Of a DNA stretch of 64,000 bases, positions 1 through 12,302 are shown piece by piece. The stretch covers positions 3,100,001 to 3,164,000 of the forward strand of contig OZ176055.1 in assembly GCA_964247055.1 (NCBI GenBank). Direction: 5' to 3'. The notes beneath the pieces were generated by a model. That model was not told the DNA's origin and ran no database searches. It saw nothing but the letters and a program-made list of their open reading frames with translations. Position numbers and translations under genes: made by a program. Source of the DNA: Paragordius varius. Lineage: Eukaryota; Animalia; Nematomorpha. Position 1 is the stretch's first letter; every line of letters begins with the position of its first letter.

Positions 1-221
1 TACAACTTTTTCTATAATAATTTAATGCAGCATATTTTTCATAATAACCGAGAAGTTTATTAATTAAGCTAAAAATAGCTCATATAATAACATTTTTAAT
101 CAATTATTAATTAAAAATATATTGAATAAAATTACTATGATTATTTATTTAGAGGTATTTATGCTCAACACCGCGGAAAATTTATAGACTAATCTCAATA
201 ATTTATTCATAACTAATTAGC

Positions 222-2183
222 ATGCATTGCGCTGTAGATGGAGGTCAATTTTTACATAATATATTTTTGAAGGAAACCTACTCAAATAATAATCATAAAA
301 TGGTATATTATCTTAGAAAAGGGTACAATTCTAAAGAAAGTCTAATGATTACATTTTATCCTCTATTCCATAATTTCAATTTTATATTCAATAACCCATT
401 TTACGGCTATTATTGCAAATTGATTTTTGCGTTAGCTATTGTGAGTGTAGTTATTACATCGGTGTTTATAACTTTGCTTATGTTAGTACTAATAATGTAT
501 TGGCCAAAAAATGTGCGTTTAATTGGGTCCACCCCCAGAAATTTACATTGTTTGATAAGACTGGAAAATATTTTAAGTAATTTTCAACACTTCATTGAAA
601 ATTATTTCGCTATCCCTATCCCGGGTAAAAATATGAATTTGCATGAAAGTAACATTATTGTACACGTTGATAATAATCGAGCAACAAATGATTCTCTTTG
701 GTATTATTACGAAAAGCTTAAATTTTCATTAACCAAAATAAAGCTAAAAATTATGTCCACACTGGTACACATGCTTGATATAATTAAAGATCCAAATATA
801 AAAACATACTCCCTGATAGATTTAGTAATTTTGCTCACATTGTATGGGACTAACCTATTCATATTATGGTTAATAAGTTTTCGTACCATTATAGAATGTA
901 TGGCGAACAGTCCAATCGATAAGTTTTACAAACTTGAGTTATTATCTGTGCCATACAAGAGGAGCGACTATAACTCTACAAATCTATCAATTAGTTTAAA
1001 TTTTTTAACGCTCGTCAATGAATCCCTGAATCGTGAATTGGATCTTGTGCATAAGGACATGGGACAATTTACCACACCACCTACTTTTGGGTACCGTAAC
1101 AAAGTCACCCTAGACAAAAATGTTATTAGGATCAAAAATCGATTTAGTAATGATCAACTTTATGTTCCAACTAACGACACTCTAGCTCAAAATACAACTC
1201 ATTCATATGGGAAACATTTTGTCATAGATTGGGAAATGGAAATTTACATAAAGAGTCGAATAAGGAAACGTGCCTTTCACATCTACACATCGTATGGATG
1301 GAATTATTTCTTGGCCAATTGGTATGTCCCCATCTTGTATGGTGCAACTAATTACAGTTTTTGGTTAGTTATCCTTTACTGTATAAATAAACTGAGCGTG
1401 ACTAAATACGATCAAAATTACACTAATATAATGATGATGTTTGACAATGAACGGATTTTCCAATATTTAGTTTTTGGTTTAGCGTTAAGTATCGTATTTT
1501 ATTACCCCTTAACTTACATCTTCATAGAGGTAAAGGTTAGGGCCAGTTTTAATTATTTATTCACATGCATGATTCAATTACTAAACGTATTTCATGAGAA
1601 GGAAGGTGATTTTTTTTATAATTCACGCGTGTCACGTTATTTCGGTAAACGGAGTGAAAAGATATGGTTTTTATATGAATGCTTTCGCGAACTTATAGCT
1701 AAATGTATCCCAATCACTCTCCTAATCTACTTTTTAAGCCATCGGATGTTTGATGCATACCAATTACTTTCAAAATATCGCAATAATATGGTTGTATCAC
1801 CCATTCAACTACAAATTTTTAGCGATATCGCTTCCCAAAAACGGTTGGCTAAACCGGTACTACGGAAATTTACAAAAGACAACGGTGAACGTACACCCAA
1901 AAGTATGCAGGATACCATAATTATGAATAGTAAATTTTATCAACCTACACGATTGCTTTATCGATGTTACCTCACACAAGGGATAACAAGCCTTATATTT
2001 ATCTTCGCAACGGTTGTACCCGCAACTATTATTCAAATCACTTTCGTGAAATGGATTGAAAATTGGACCTCCGAAAGAGCCAAATTTTTACCCTTTATTA
2101 GTCATTTACTTATTGTGATTTTTACGTATCTGCCTCTGACATACTTAATTATAGTTTTTATCATACTTTTTATTTATCATTAG
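222..2183 (+). CDS. Intronless 7-TM membrane protein, divergent class A (rhodopsin-like, peptide-receptor/srw-like) GPCR, copy 1
   Basis: Single 653-aa ORF with seven hydrophobic segments. TM2 reads YSLIDLVILL (LAxxD-like), TM3 end SFWLVILYCINKL (SxWLxxxxxxxRY-like), TM5 AKCIPITLLI, TM6 TVVPATII. Clear paralogue of 8207-10123. Family call is from remembered motifs, not a database search. Confidence 0.6.
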   Translation: MHCAVDGGQFLHNIFLKETYSNNNHKMVYYLRKGYNSKESLMITFYPLFHNFNFIFNNPFYGYYCKLIFALAIVSVVITSVFITLLMLVLIMYWPKNVRLIGSTPRNLHCLIRLENILSNFQHFIENYFAIPIPGKNMNLHESNIIVHVDNNRATNDSLWYYYEKLKFSLTKIKLKIMSTLVHMLDIIKDPNIKTYSLIDLVILLTLYGTNLFILWLISFRTIIECMANSPIDKFYKLELLSVPYKRSDYNSTNLSISLNFLTLVNESLNRELDLVHKDMGQFTTPPTFGYRNKVTLDKNVIRIKNRFSNDQLYVPTNDTLAQNTTHSYGKHFVIDWEMEIYIKSRIRKRAFHIYTSYGWNYFLANWYVPILYGATNYSFWLVILYCINKLSVTKYDQNYTNIMMMFDNERIFQYLVFGLALSIVFYYPLTYIFIEVKVRASFNYLFTCMIQLLNVFHEKEGDFFYNSRVSRYFGKRSEKIWFLYECFRELIAKCIPITLLIYFLSHRMFDAYQLLSKYRNNMVVSPIQLQIFSDIASQKRLAKPVLRKFTKDNGERTPKSMQDTIIMNSKFYQPTRLLYRCYLTQGITSLIFIFATVVPATIIQITFVKWIENWTSERAKFLPFISHLLIVIFTYLPLTYLIIVFIILFIYH

Positions 2184-2323
2184 GTTATTAACATGACCAT
2201 TTTTAAAAGCTACCAAAGGAATTTTTTTAGATTGATTAGAATTCAAATAAATGACTTATAATAACTTACACGATTAAATTTACATTTCATGAAATGGTAT
2301 ATAAGTTAAATTAGAAGAAATAC

Positions 2324-5278
2324 CATTGAGATTTTTTAAGTGAAGGACAGGTTAAACAACGTTGAACTTTGGTTTGATTTACGGCATAAACGGAAAGCCA
2401 TGTGAAAAAACCTCCTATTAACAGCGACCAAAACGTGTGCCGCACAAACGGGTCAAAATTGAAACTAAAAAATATATTTGCATAAAAAAATTTAAAAAAA
2501 TAATGATATATATAAATAATTTTTGTGAATTCATAATTATAGATCATAATACTTTATTATATGCCGTTGTTCGGCTTTATCTAAAAAATGGGAGTTAAGC
2601 GCCATATAAGCGAATAAACGCAAAAACGCGCAAAACAACTGCTTTTTAAATTCTGCTCAGAATTGGAGTATAAAATTTTATTTTGGAATAAAAAAAAGTA
2701 ACATTTAAAAATTATATCTAAAAGTTTATGCGGTTCCAGTAAAAGAGTTTGAGCTAAATGAAAAATGTTGGTCAAAAAACATTTTGTTAAATATCGATTT
2801 TTTTGTGCATAAAATCGCGAATTACCAATCTTTGTAACAAAAGTTAAATTAAAATGTATGAATATAAATATATATGTGAATATGCCGTCAAATTTTTTAG
2901 TATATCCCCAAGAACAGTTAGATTTAAACAAAGACGTAGTTTGCATTTCTGGCGCCCGGTGCATGCATAATAATACCCCCTCCATGTAAGCCCTCACATT
3001 TAAAAAATTAATCAAATTCAAACCGTGGACAAAATCACTTATAAATGGGTGATTTTTTATGTATTATTTAATAAATAACTTTTAAATATTTTTTTAAATG
3101 AAAAAATATAAAATCCGGCACCCCTTAAACTATGGCGTCTAGTGCATAACCCCCCCCCCCCCCCCCCCAGTTACGCCTCTCTCTTTAATTAAACATTTTC
3201 AAGCTATTTGTCAGTTTTAGGAATTATGAAATATAGTAAATATGTTGTTAATTAGTTCTTTATAAATTTTGGTTAGATTTCTTAGTTGGGCTGTAAACCC
3301 TAATTTATATCGATTTATTTAAATCTATCATCGACACCGCTTGAAAAAATTGTTTTTCACTATTTTAAATTAAATATTTTTTATACTCGATGTTTTGAAT
3401 TCGCCCTCCATCCCAACTACGTTGCCAAATTGTATGAATTCCTCCACCAACAATAACACCTCTAACGGCAACTAAGATAGCGCCACTTACCATAACGATG
3501 ATTTGAAAAGCATCGGTCCACATCACAGCTTTAATTCCCCCCTGTAACATAAAAAACCTTAAGTTTTGCCTTATGTTAAAAAATTTTAAACAAAATAATT
3601 TATTAATTAATATGGCTTAAATATCTAAATCACATACTATTGAGGTATAAAATGTACAAACTAGCCCAGTCGTTAAGATTGATCCCATAATTGATATTCC
3701 GGTGACTGTTAAAATGGATACATTATAATATTGAAACAATTCGGTTATACTGTATATGATGTTATTCAATGGTCAAATTATTTCAAAATAAAAATTATAA
3801 ATATATACCTTGAGCTAAGGCAAGACAGGGAGCATACAAAACAATGCCCAAATATATTACCTAAAATTAAAATAATAATAAATTTATTTCTTCATAAAAA
3901 ATAATTTTAGTTTTTTTTGCACCAATATATTTTCACAAAAATTATATAATTAATTACCATTTGTAATGTAAATGTAATAGCACCAGCGATTCGGATTGAT
4001 CGATGAAAACGTTTTTCCAAATACTAAAAAATAAAATCCATTCATAAATTTACTGTATAAATTTGCAATGCAAAACATTTTACAACTATAATTTATTTCC
4101 ACTATATTATGGAAAAATAATTAAATTTAAATTTATTCCGTTTTATCAACTATTTGATTAAAACCCTGCGATTGTAAAGCATGAATTTAATCTTGAATCT
4201 ATTTACTTTGTTCTTTTACAGAAATAAGTTATATGCTGTTGTATTATAGTCTGTAGTCATATTAATTTAAGTCCTTGCCTTATATGAAAATACTACTGTT
4301 TAAACCTTACATTAGATATAATTAAACTATGGTTGTGGATTTTAATAGTATAACGATTACAAAACCATAAAATTTATCATTTTAATTTAATAAAGTTAGT
4401 TGCCTACTTAGGCAGTATTTTTTTGCTAAATATTTATATATATATATATATATATATGCGTTCATTATCGATTTATATAAAATAGTAATTGACTTTAAGA
4501 TCCATCCCATTTGTTATTTATCAATACCTAAATAAATTTATATTCTCATAAGACTCACTCATAAAGTATTTATTTTTTATTATCTCCTTTTTAGGGTAAA
4601 AAATATATTTTTTTATAATAAAGTGGATTTTGCAAATTAAAAATTATTTTAATGTAAATAACAAAAATTTTATTAATAATTGTTTGAATTCTTGTAAAAA
4701 TTTTTAAATTGAACCATATCTAAAATTGATACATGGTAGTATCTTATTTAATGGATAATAAAACAAAAGGAGTACGATAAAATAATAATTGAAACAAACT
4801 ATTTAAAATCCATGGAAAAAGATACTACCATGTACCGAAAAAAATTTGGATATATATAAAATTTACAAGAATTCAAATTGTATTTTACATACAATTTGGT
4901 TTTTGCTATTACCTCATTGGTAGAGGTGAGCTTCAAGTTATAAAAAACCGGGAGATAAAAATAATTGGCCACTCCAATAACCAAGCCATAAGCCAATATT
5001 ATGTTCCAGTATTGCGTCCCATGTTGATAAATTTCAGGTCCGGTCCCAATGACCGTTATAGCGGAAATAAAGGAAGCTATCAGCGAAGCACCAACCGGAA
5101 AAACACCCATATTTTTGTTTCCCATCAAAAATTCTCTGGCAGTTTTCTGTTTTCCGCCCGTACATGCATAAATTGATCCAATAATTAAGGATGCCAGGAG
5201 TGATACACCAAACAAAGCATAATCAAGCGTAGAAAATAAATTGTTGGCTTTTAAGCCATTGGTTTTGGCATCAAACAT
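2324..5278 (-). CDS. SLC5 sodium:solute symporter (SMCT/SMVT, SLC5A8/SLC5A6-like); first six exons, 3' part not in window
   Basis: Exons 5278-4913, 4023-3958, 3860-3809, 3705-3638, 3541-3387, 2464-2324 join in frame with GT-AG sites (about 282 aa). Hallmark motifs: [78 protein letters not shown]. Confidence 0.9.
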
Positions 5279-5893
5279 GATATAAATTTATGTGCTATAA
5301 AGAATTATATTTGATGAATAATAGCGGATAATTTTTTTAATTCGAGAAAATACAAAGTATATATATAAAGTAAAATGTACGAATAAGGATATGTAAAATA
5401 AAAGAGCAAATGGTTAAAATCTACAATCAAGTTTATCGGATTAATGAAAAAACTAGTTTTAATTTTGTAATCTTTAGTCAGTATATTTACAATTGGCAAC
5501 ATCCCTATTTCTTTTTGTGAAATAAATATGTATATATATATATATATATATATTATAACATTTTTTATCTTTAAATATATATAAATAATATGGTATATTT
5601 TATTTTATAATTAATCCTCTCTTTGGTCAAGCATAAATAATGCTAAAAAAGGGGGAGGATGGATAGTTAATTGATTATATACATTTCAATAATTTATATA
5701 TAAATATATATGTTATCTTTAATTTTGTGATAAAGTTAAACATTTCATTATACTTTTGTTGCTTTTTTATAAACGTTTTCACGTTGGGGTGTCTATTGTC
5801 CCAAAGTTTATATTAAATATTTTGCTAAAATATGATAAGCACCATTCTTTATATATGTAAGAAATAATAAATTAAATTACGTATCTTTTATAG

Positions 5894-6126
5894 CAGGCGT
5901 GTCAAACAGTCCGTGTGGCTCGAGACAAATTTGTAAATCTATAATTTGAAAAAATCTACTTATAAAATCTTAGAAGAATTTATACAAGAACTCCATTAAA
6001 TTGTCAACGAACTAGAAAAAAAGGTTATGTTCCGTTTGAATTTTACATTCCTGTGCCGAACATCTTATTTAATGCTCATATATATTTTGGATTCGGCCCG
6101 CAAAGCCATTTGGTTGTCCACCTCTG
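5894..6126. mobile_element. hAT-like MITE, family A copy 1
   Basis: CAGG...GTCCACCTCTG imperfect TIRs. Internal similarity (aaaatcttag...caacgaactagaaa; gcccgcaaagccatt) to 13309-13533 (inverted) and 57581-57837. No clean TSD. Confidence 0.5.
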
Positions 6127-6589
6127 TTTTAGTCTAAAATATAGACTTAAACCATTTAAAAAATATAGCTGTTTAAAATCATAATCCAAAAAGTTTGAGA
6201 TGCGGACGGCTAAAATTTGGGTATTTCAAAAAGTAATGTACTTTATAGGGTACTTTATACCGCAGGATCATTTATTTAAATATCTTATATGGGCTTATGT
6301 TAAAATAATGCTTTCTTTATCCTTTTAGGCGCATGATACAATTTTTTTTAATAGATTTGTGAAAAAACCTTATCTCAAACTTTTCGTCGCCATTTTTTAA
6401 TTTTATTAAATCACTAGCGTAGAGGAAGTCCTTCGGACTTCTGGGGGGGCTATTTGAAATAAGGGATAATAAAATGATCCACATATGTGGATTACTTCGA
6501 AACATTTTTTAAATATGATTTTATAGGAATTTTAAAACGGTGCATTCATACTAATATATTGTTTACTTGGGGGAAAAATACAATCATTA

Positions 6590-7495
6590 ACAGGCAATAC
6601 GAAAAATCTTTCTCGAATTTTTACAGTCTCATACCGTGGGCAAAAAGATACAATCAAAAAATTAGTTTTGTGGACTTTGTTTTTTTTTGAAAAAAATGGA
6701 ATTACGGGGGTAGCGGGTAAAAAGAGGGCCTAAATCAAAAAAGTGAGTCGACTATGTTCAGCGCGATTAAAAATAAGTAAACAAAAATCATATTTGAAAT
6801 TGAATGCAACACGTTCTCCAAAAGATTGACTTAACCCATTTTTCACACGGGGCGGGCCCAAACTGGGGACCTAATTCCAAAAAAGGGCGAAGCTATTGTC
6901 GGGGCATTCATTAATCATTATATTTTTTCGATATTTGGATTTGATTGCGTTCATCGGTTTTCCGGAAACAGATCACAAAGTTACATGAGAAATCAGTTTT
7001 TAGTAGGTAGCTCCTTACCCAACAGCTATCATCCAAGAAGCGCTTGACTAAAATTTTTGCCTTTTAACAGGGAATACGTGGAATCCATATTGAATTTTTA
7101 CGGTCTCATACCTAGGGCGAAAAATAGATTAAAATTTTTTGTGGACTTTGTTTTTTGAAAAAGGTGGCATTTTACGGGGGGACCGGGTAAAAAGAGGGCC
7201 TAAATCAAAAAAGGGAGACGACTATGTTCGGCGCAATCGAAAATAAGTAAATAAAAATTATATTTTAAATTGAATGGTCCAACACGTTCTTCGGAAAATT
7301 GTCTCAAAGACCTTATTTTTGTGGACTTCTGTTTTCAAAACAAACCCGTTTTTCACACGGGGTAAGCCCGAACTGGGGGCCTATTTCAAAAAAAGGGCGA
7401 AGCTATTGTCGGGGCATTCATTAATGATTATATTTTTTTAATGTTTGGATTTGAATGGGTCTACCGGTTTTCCTGTACCAGATCACAAAACCGTC
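6590..7495. repeat. Tandem direct repeat of a ~400-bp unit (about 6590-6985 and 7067-7495)
   Basis: Blocks occur twice, e.g. aaaagagggcctaaatcaaaaaag, gactatgttc, and aaaaaagggcgaagctattgtcggggcattcattaat. Confidence 0.8.
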
Positions 7496-8206
7496 ATTTT
7501 CCATTTTTATAATATATAGATGAATAATATAACAGGCAAATAGAAGTATATTATGGTTAAAAAATAAAAATAATTTACTTGAAAAGTTTTTAAATTACAA
7601 TTTACCAGCAAATATATATTGGTGTATAAATATCTGCTGTTCGTGTTTTGGAATAATTTGAATTTTATATAATAGTAAAAATCTGTATAATTTATCAGCT
7701 TTTTATTCAATACAGGAGAGGGTTTGATAATTAAATTTTACCAAAACAACTTACCAAACAGTACTTTGTTGAGTAATTTTAGCTATGAGATAGATACAAA
7801 ATATTATCACGCAGAAGCAAATGGAAATGTAATGAAGTGTTAATGGTCATTCAAACTTTTAATTTGAGAACCCAAATTTTTATATTATATTTTATGTACA
7901 ATTCATAAATCCAAAAACGCTTATTTTATTAAAATATCTTTCAATATGGACGCCATTAGAAACTGTAAAATAATGTCACCTTTTATAAATATATTTAATT
8001 TTAGACCCTAAAAATCCTACTTATGGATAAAAGAATCTAAAAATAGGAACTGAATATTATTTAACCTCAATAAAACGTTAATTAAAAGTTAATTAATTAG
8101 TATTAAATGGCATAAAAATGTAATAAAAATTCTAATAATTCATTTTCTTATTACCACAAATTTTGGAATTTTTAAAAATATTCATTTAAAAAAAATACTC
8201 GGCGAT

Positions 8207-10123
8207 ATGGATTGCACTCTTAAAGATGGCAATATAATTCATAACATACATTTGAAGGCAAAGGCCCTTAAACTAAGTGATATAATTAAATATCACCAAT
8301 ATGAAAATCCTCCATACATTTCGTTTCATAGATTTGAACAAAAATTCTTTTTTGTGTTCAATGAAAGCTTTCAAATTAGATATTGCAAATGGATCCCAAC
8401 CTTAGCCATATTCAGTTTCATTGTCTCCTTTTTGCTGGGTATATCGACCGGATTTGCTTTGTTAGAGTATTGGCCTAGTAATAGATGTATCACATTCCTC
8501 AAAAAACGTATATCTTGGATCAAATTTATACAGTATATTAAACGGATAGATAGACGCATTCATTCCATACATCTCATGCCTGGTGATGAGTTCGGGAAAG
8601 ATAAGGGCTCAAACATAGAGTCGGGCAGTAGATTTAGCTATGCACAAGTTAAAAGTGGAAATAACTTTAATAAATACATCATATCTGAAAGAAAAAAATT
8701 GGGCTTAAACTTACTGAGAGCGGTAAAACGTTTACTCAACGCCTATAAAGATCCAAATACAAAGACATTTTCATTGGCAGATCTCTTAATTCTTAATATT
8801 CTTTCGGTTATAAACCTATTTATTATTGTATTAATTGGTATACGCACCACTGTAGAGTGTTTAGGTAATGATCCAATATACAATATGTACCGATTAGAAT
8901 TACTGAATATTCCCAATTCTTATGTTGGTAAAAAACCTTTAGCTAAAAACAGAAAGGGTGAAATGTTTATTCTGAATCAAATAAATCAAACTTTGTATGA
9001 GCAAATAAACTATGTTAAACAAGATTTTATGGAGTTTACCACACCCCCAACCTTTGGTTCCCGCGCCAAATTCCCTATGTCAATATTTACAATGAAGACT
9101 AAAAATCGATTTAACGATGAACAACGTTTTGAACCACAAAATACTTTGCATATACATAATTTGATCCAAAATTCAAGTCGGAAACATTATATCCTTGATT
9201 GGCAACTTGATATCTATAGTAAAGGACGTGTAAAACATAACGCCTTCCGCACATACACATCGCACAAATGGAATTATTTTATATCCTATTGGTATGTTCC
9301 ACTTTTGTATGGTTCAGTTAATTACAGTTTTTGGCTAGTTATCATGTATTGCATTAATCGGCTTTTGCTAACTGCTAGTTTACAAAATTATGCCATAATT
9401 TTTAATACACATAATACCATCCAATATCTCACGTTTGGTGTTATTTTATCGATCGTTTTTTATTATCCATTAACCTATATATTTAAGATGGTCGTTATCA
9501 AGGGGAGTTTCAATTACCTATTTAGCTGTATAATGAGTTCACTTGATTTGGTTAACATGGTTGAGGGTGATATCATTTATTACTCTCGAGTTACGAGGGA
9601 TCTAGGGTCACGATACGATAATTTTTGGCTTATTTATGATGGTATTCGGGAAACAATAGCTAAACTCATACCCACATCAATCCTCGTTTATCTGATTTGT
9701 TTAAAAATGTTGGATGAATATCGGTATCGGCTAAGATTTTGCAATAGTATACCCTTATCTCCAATCTATCTTCAAATGATGACTACAGAGACACCGGAAG
9801 AATGTTCCAGAAACAAAAAAAAATTTTTAACACCACAAATAATAAACTGTTTGCCAAGGTGCCCGAAAGAAATTTTGTTAAACAGCAAATTTTATCAAAC
9901 GAAACAAACGCACTACCGATGTTATATGATAAAATCGGTTACAACTCTCGTATTTGTGTTGACAATAATCTTGCCCATGACTATCATACAAGTTACGACA
10001 GTGCGCTGGGATACGTATTGGACTTTTGAAAAAGCTAGATATTTACCATTCATAAACAATGTGCTTATAATTATTTTCACCTATCTACCAATGACTACTA
10101 TATTTCTAATTTTTATTACTTAA
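8207..10123 (+). CDS. Intronless 7-TM membrane protein, divergent class A GPCR, copy 2
   Basis: Single 638-aa ORF, collinear with 222-2183 (shared FTTPPTFG, KNRF, WNYF..WYVP.LYG..NYSFWLVI.YCIN.L, SIVFYYPLTYIF, NSKFYQ). TM2 reads FSLADLLIL, TM3 ends INRL at the DRY position, TM5 DGIRETIAKLIPTSIL. Confidence 0.6.
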   Translation: MDCTLKDGNIIHNIHLKAKALKLSDIIKYHQYENPPYISFHRFEQKFFFVFNESFQIRYCKWIPTLAIFSFIVSFLLGISTGFALLEYWPSNRCITFLKKRISWIKFIQYIKRIDRRIHSIHLMPGDEFGKDKGSNIESGSRFSYAQVKSGNNFNKYIISERKKLGLNLLRAVKRLLNAYKDPNTKTFSLADLLILNILSVINLFIIVLIGIRTTVECLGNDPIYNMYRLELLNIPNSYVGKKPLAKNRKGEMFILNQINQTLYEQINYVKQDFMEFTTPPTFGSRAKFPMSIFTMKTKNRFNDEQRFEPQNTLHIHNLIQNSSRKHYILDWQLDIYSKGRVKHNAFRTYTSHKWNYFISYWYVPLLYGSVNYSFWLVIMYCINRLLLTASLQNYAIIFNTHNTIQYLTFGVILSIVFYYPLTYIFKMVVIKGSFNYLFSCIMSSLDLVNMVEGDIIYYSRVTRDLGSRYDNFWLIYDGIRETIAKLIPTSILVYLICLKMLDEYRYRLRFCNSIPLSPIYLQMMTTETPEECSRNKKKFLTPQIINCLPRCPKEILLNSKFYQTKQTHYRCYMIKSVTTLVFVLTIILPMTIIQVTTVRWDTYWTFEKARYLPFINNVLIIIFTYLPMTTIFLIFIT

Positions 10124-12302
10124 CTGTATTCATAAAGATCAAAAATAAATGACGACACTGAATTCCTGTAATAATTGTTTTGATAATAAAACTTTTACAT
10201 CATTCAAACATAAAAATGAATTTGAATATTTTTGGATTATGATATTGATAAGCTTCTGTATCATAAAAATTTAGGGATCATGTTGCATATATGGGAATCA
10301 AACCGAAAAAACTGATTTTAAGGAGTCAGCTGTTTTAGATAAATTTTTAATATAAACAGTTGTTATAAATTGGCTAAAATTTTGAATCATGTGCTTCGAT
10401 AAGTTTTGATATTTAATAAGTGAAGCGTCTGAGATGCAATTTAAAACAAATAAAAGTATTTAGCGGGGTTTTAATTATTAAATTTCCCAATATGTAGAAA
10501 CGCTTAGTTTTAATTAACTTAATGTGAAAAAGATATTTGATTAACCTCTTATGTTTTAATTGGACATATAAAATTGAATCAAGTTTATTACAATATGATG
10601 AAAATAAACGTTAAGTGGAAAATATGTATAATTGGAAGAAAATATATTAAGTTTCTCCACCTAAGGTGTGGAACGGAATGTTAGAATGACATTGCATTTA
10701 AAGCTGGGCCTATTTTCATACATTCAATTTAGCCAGATTTTCCCGATACCTCCACACCCAATTTTATTAATTCAAAATGTATCATTTGTGAAATTCATGA
10801 TCAACTGTTGAAAATATTTAAATTTACAAAAACACAAGCTTTAAATTAATATTTCACTGATTAACCAAGATTTAGTTCGATTTAAAAGCAAAAATTTTAT
10901 AAAGAAAATTGTCAAAACACCCGACTATATTTTTCTCAAATGCAGTAAATTTATAATCTTATGCTAAAATAACTCCATTCCCAAAATTTGGCACACTATA
11001 TCTATAATATGTAATATTGGATGATACTTGTTGCAACATTATAAATATTTATATGCGCGACGCATAGAATTTTAACTGGCATAAAAAATAAAGTTGTCGC
11101 AAAAATTATAAGCACCTATCTATATCAAATCTCATGGTAGAAAAAATGGTTTCTTCTCCTAAAATCGTTAATAAATTCTGAAAATGTATTTTACGTTGGA
11201 AAAAAAACAATGTGACGATAAATACAAAAACATGGCTAAGTCGTTCGTCCCTGTTTTTCGGATTTTTAGTTATCACTATTTTCTATATTTTAATATTATC
11301 AAAAAATACTAAAATTTAAGTTATTTAGCATATGTATCCAAAAATACGTTAGTTTTTTCATCTATTCACTGAAAAAGCATCTTTATATTATCAACTAAGC
11401 ACTATGATTTGCATTGATAATAATTAATATTGGATTATTTTTTATGTTGATGAAACAAACGCTTGTTACTCATGTTTCATTTTTAGGAAATTTTCTGTAG
11501 AAGGATACAAAATAGTATTTTTGTAAAAATGGTACTCTTAGATTTCGTAAATAGCACACCTAGTTTTTAAAAATGCCACAAGGCTTATTTCAAATATTTA
11601 TTTACATATCACAATTCATTCACAATTGGAAAACTTATTAGATGATATTGAAAAAAAGTGTGTGATTGAGCCAACATATTAAAATTATGTTGTAATTATG
11701 CATATAAAATACATTGGTGACAAAATATATTTGGATTGTTCCGCTAGATACAATAATATTCATACATAAAAATAAGATTAATGAGAAGCTCTATCAAAAC
11801 ATACGATATATTTTGTGTAAATTAAATCAAATCGATTGTAAAATACACATTGATAAAGTAAATATAGTGGCGTACAGAGTGTATATATTCAATTTGTTTG
11901 CAATAAAATTAAAAGTTGAAACATAAAAAAAACATATTTAATTGGACAATTGGTATTTTTACACCATACGCTACTGATATATATGGTAAAAATTATACAT
12001 AAAAGCATAGCCAAATAAAAACAATGATTATAAAAACTGTAAAAACTAAAATAAAAATGTTTTTAATAAAGATAGCCATACCGTTTAAAAACCTCGTTTT
12101 TTTATTTGACCTTTATCATTACGATTCCAAGATATATAATAGAATGTATTTAAATATCTGATTTTGCAACTTAGCGATAAGTAAAATATTAAAACCAAGG
12201 TGTAAAAATGTATGACTGTCTTCATTAATCATTATTTTGTTTTTTGTGATTTGTTTTTATAATTAAAAAATAACTATTTTTTCCATATTAAGATAAAAAC
12301 CA

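Noticed and set aside
2581-3021. 146-aa ORF and the many other 60-100-aa ORFs in the track
   Set aside because: They lie in introns or repeats, or antisense to real exons, are rich in F/I/K/Y/N as expected from AT-rich noise, and have no motifs.
3149-3168. Poly-C/poly-G tracts (also near 46641 and 55809) as G-quadruplex regulatory sites
   Set aside because: Isolated homopolymers, probably TE-derived or slippage products, with no functional evidence.
11480-11930. Coding-like patch with faint RT-like words (ISNIYLH, KYIGD)
   Set aside because: Multiple stops and no ordered RT motifs; too weak to call.
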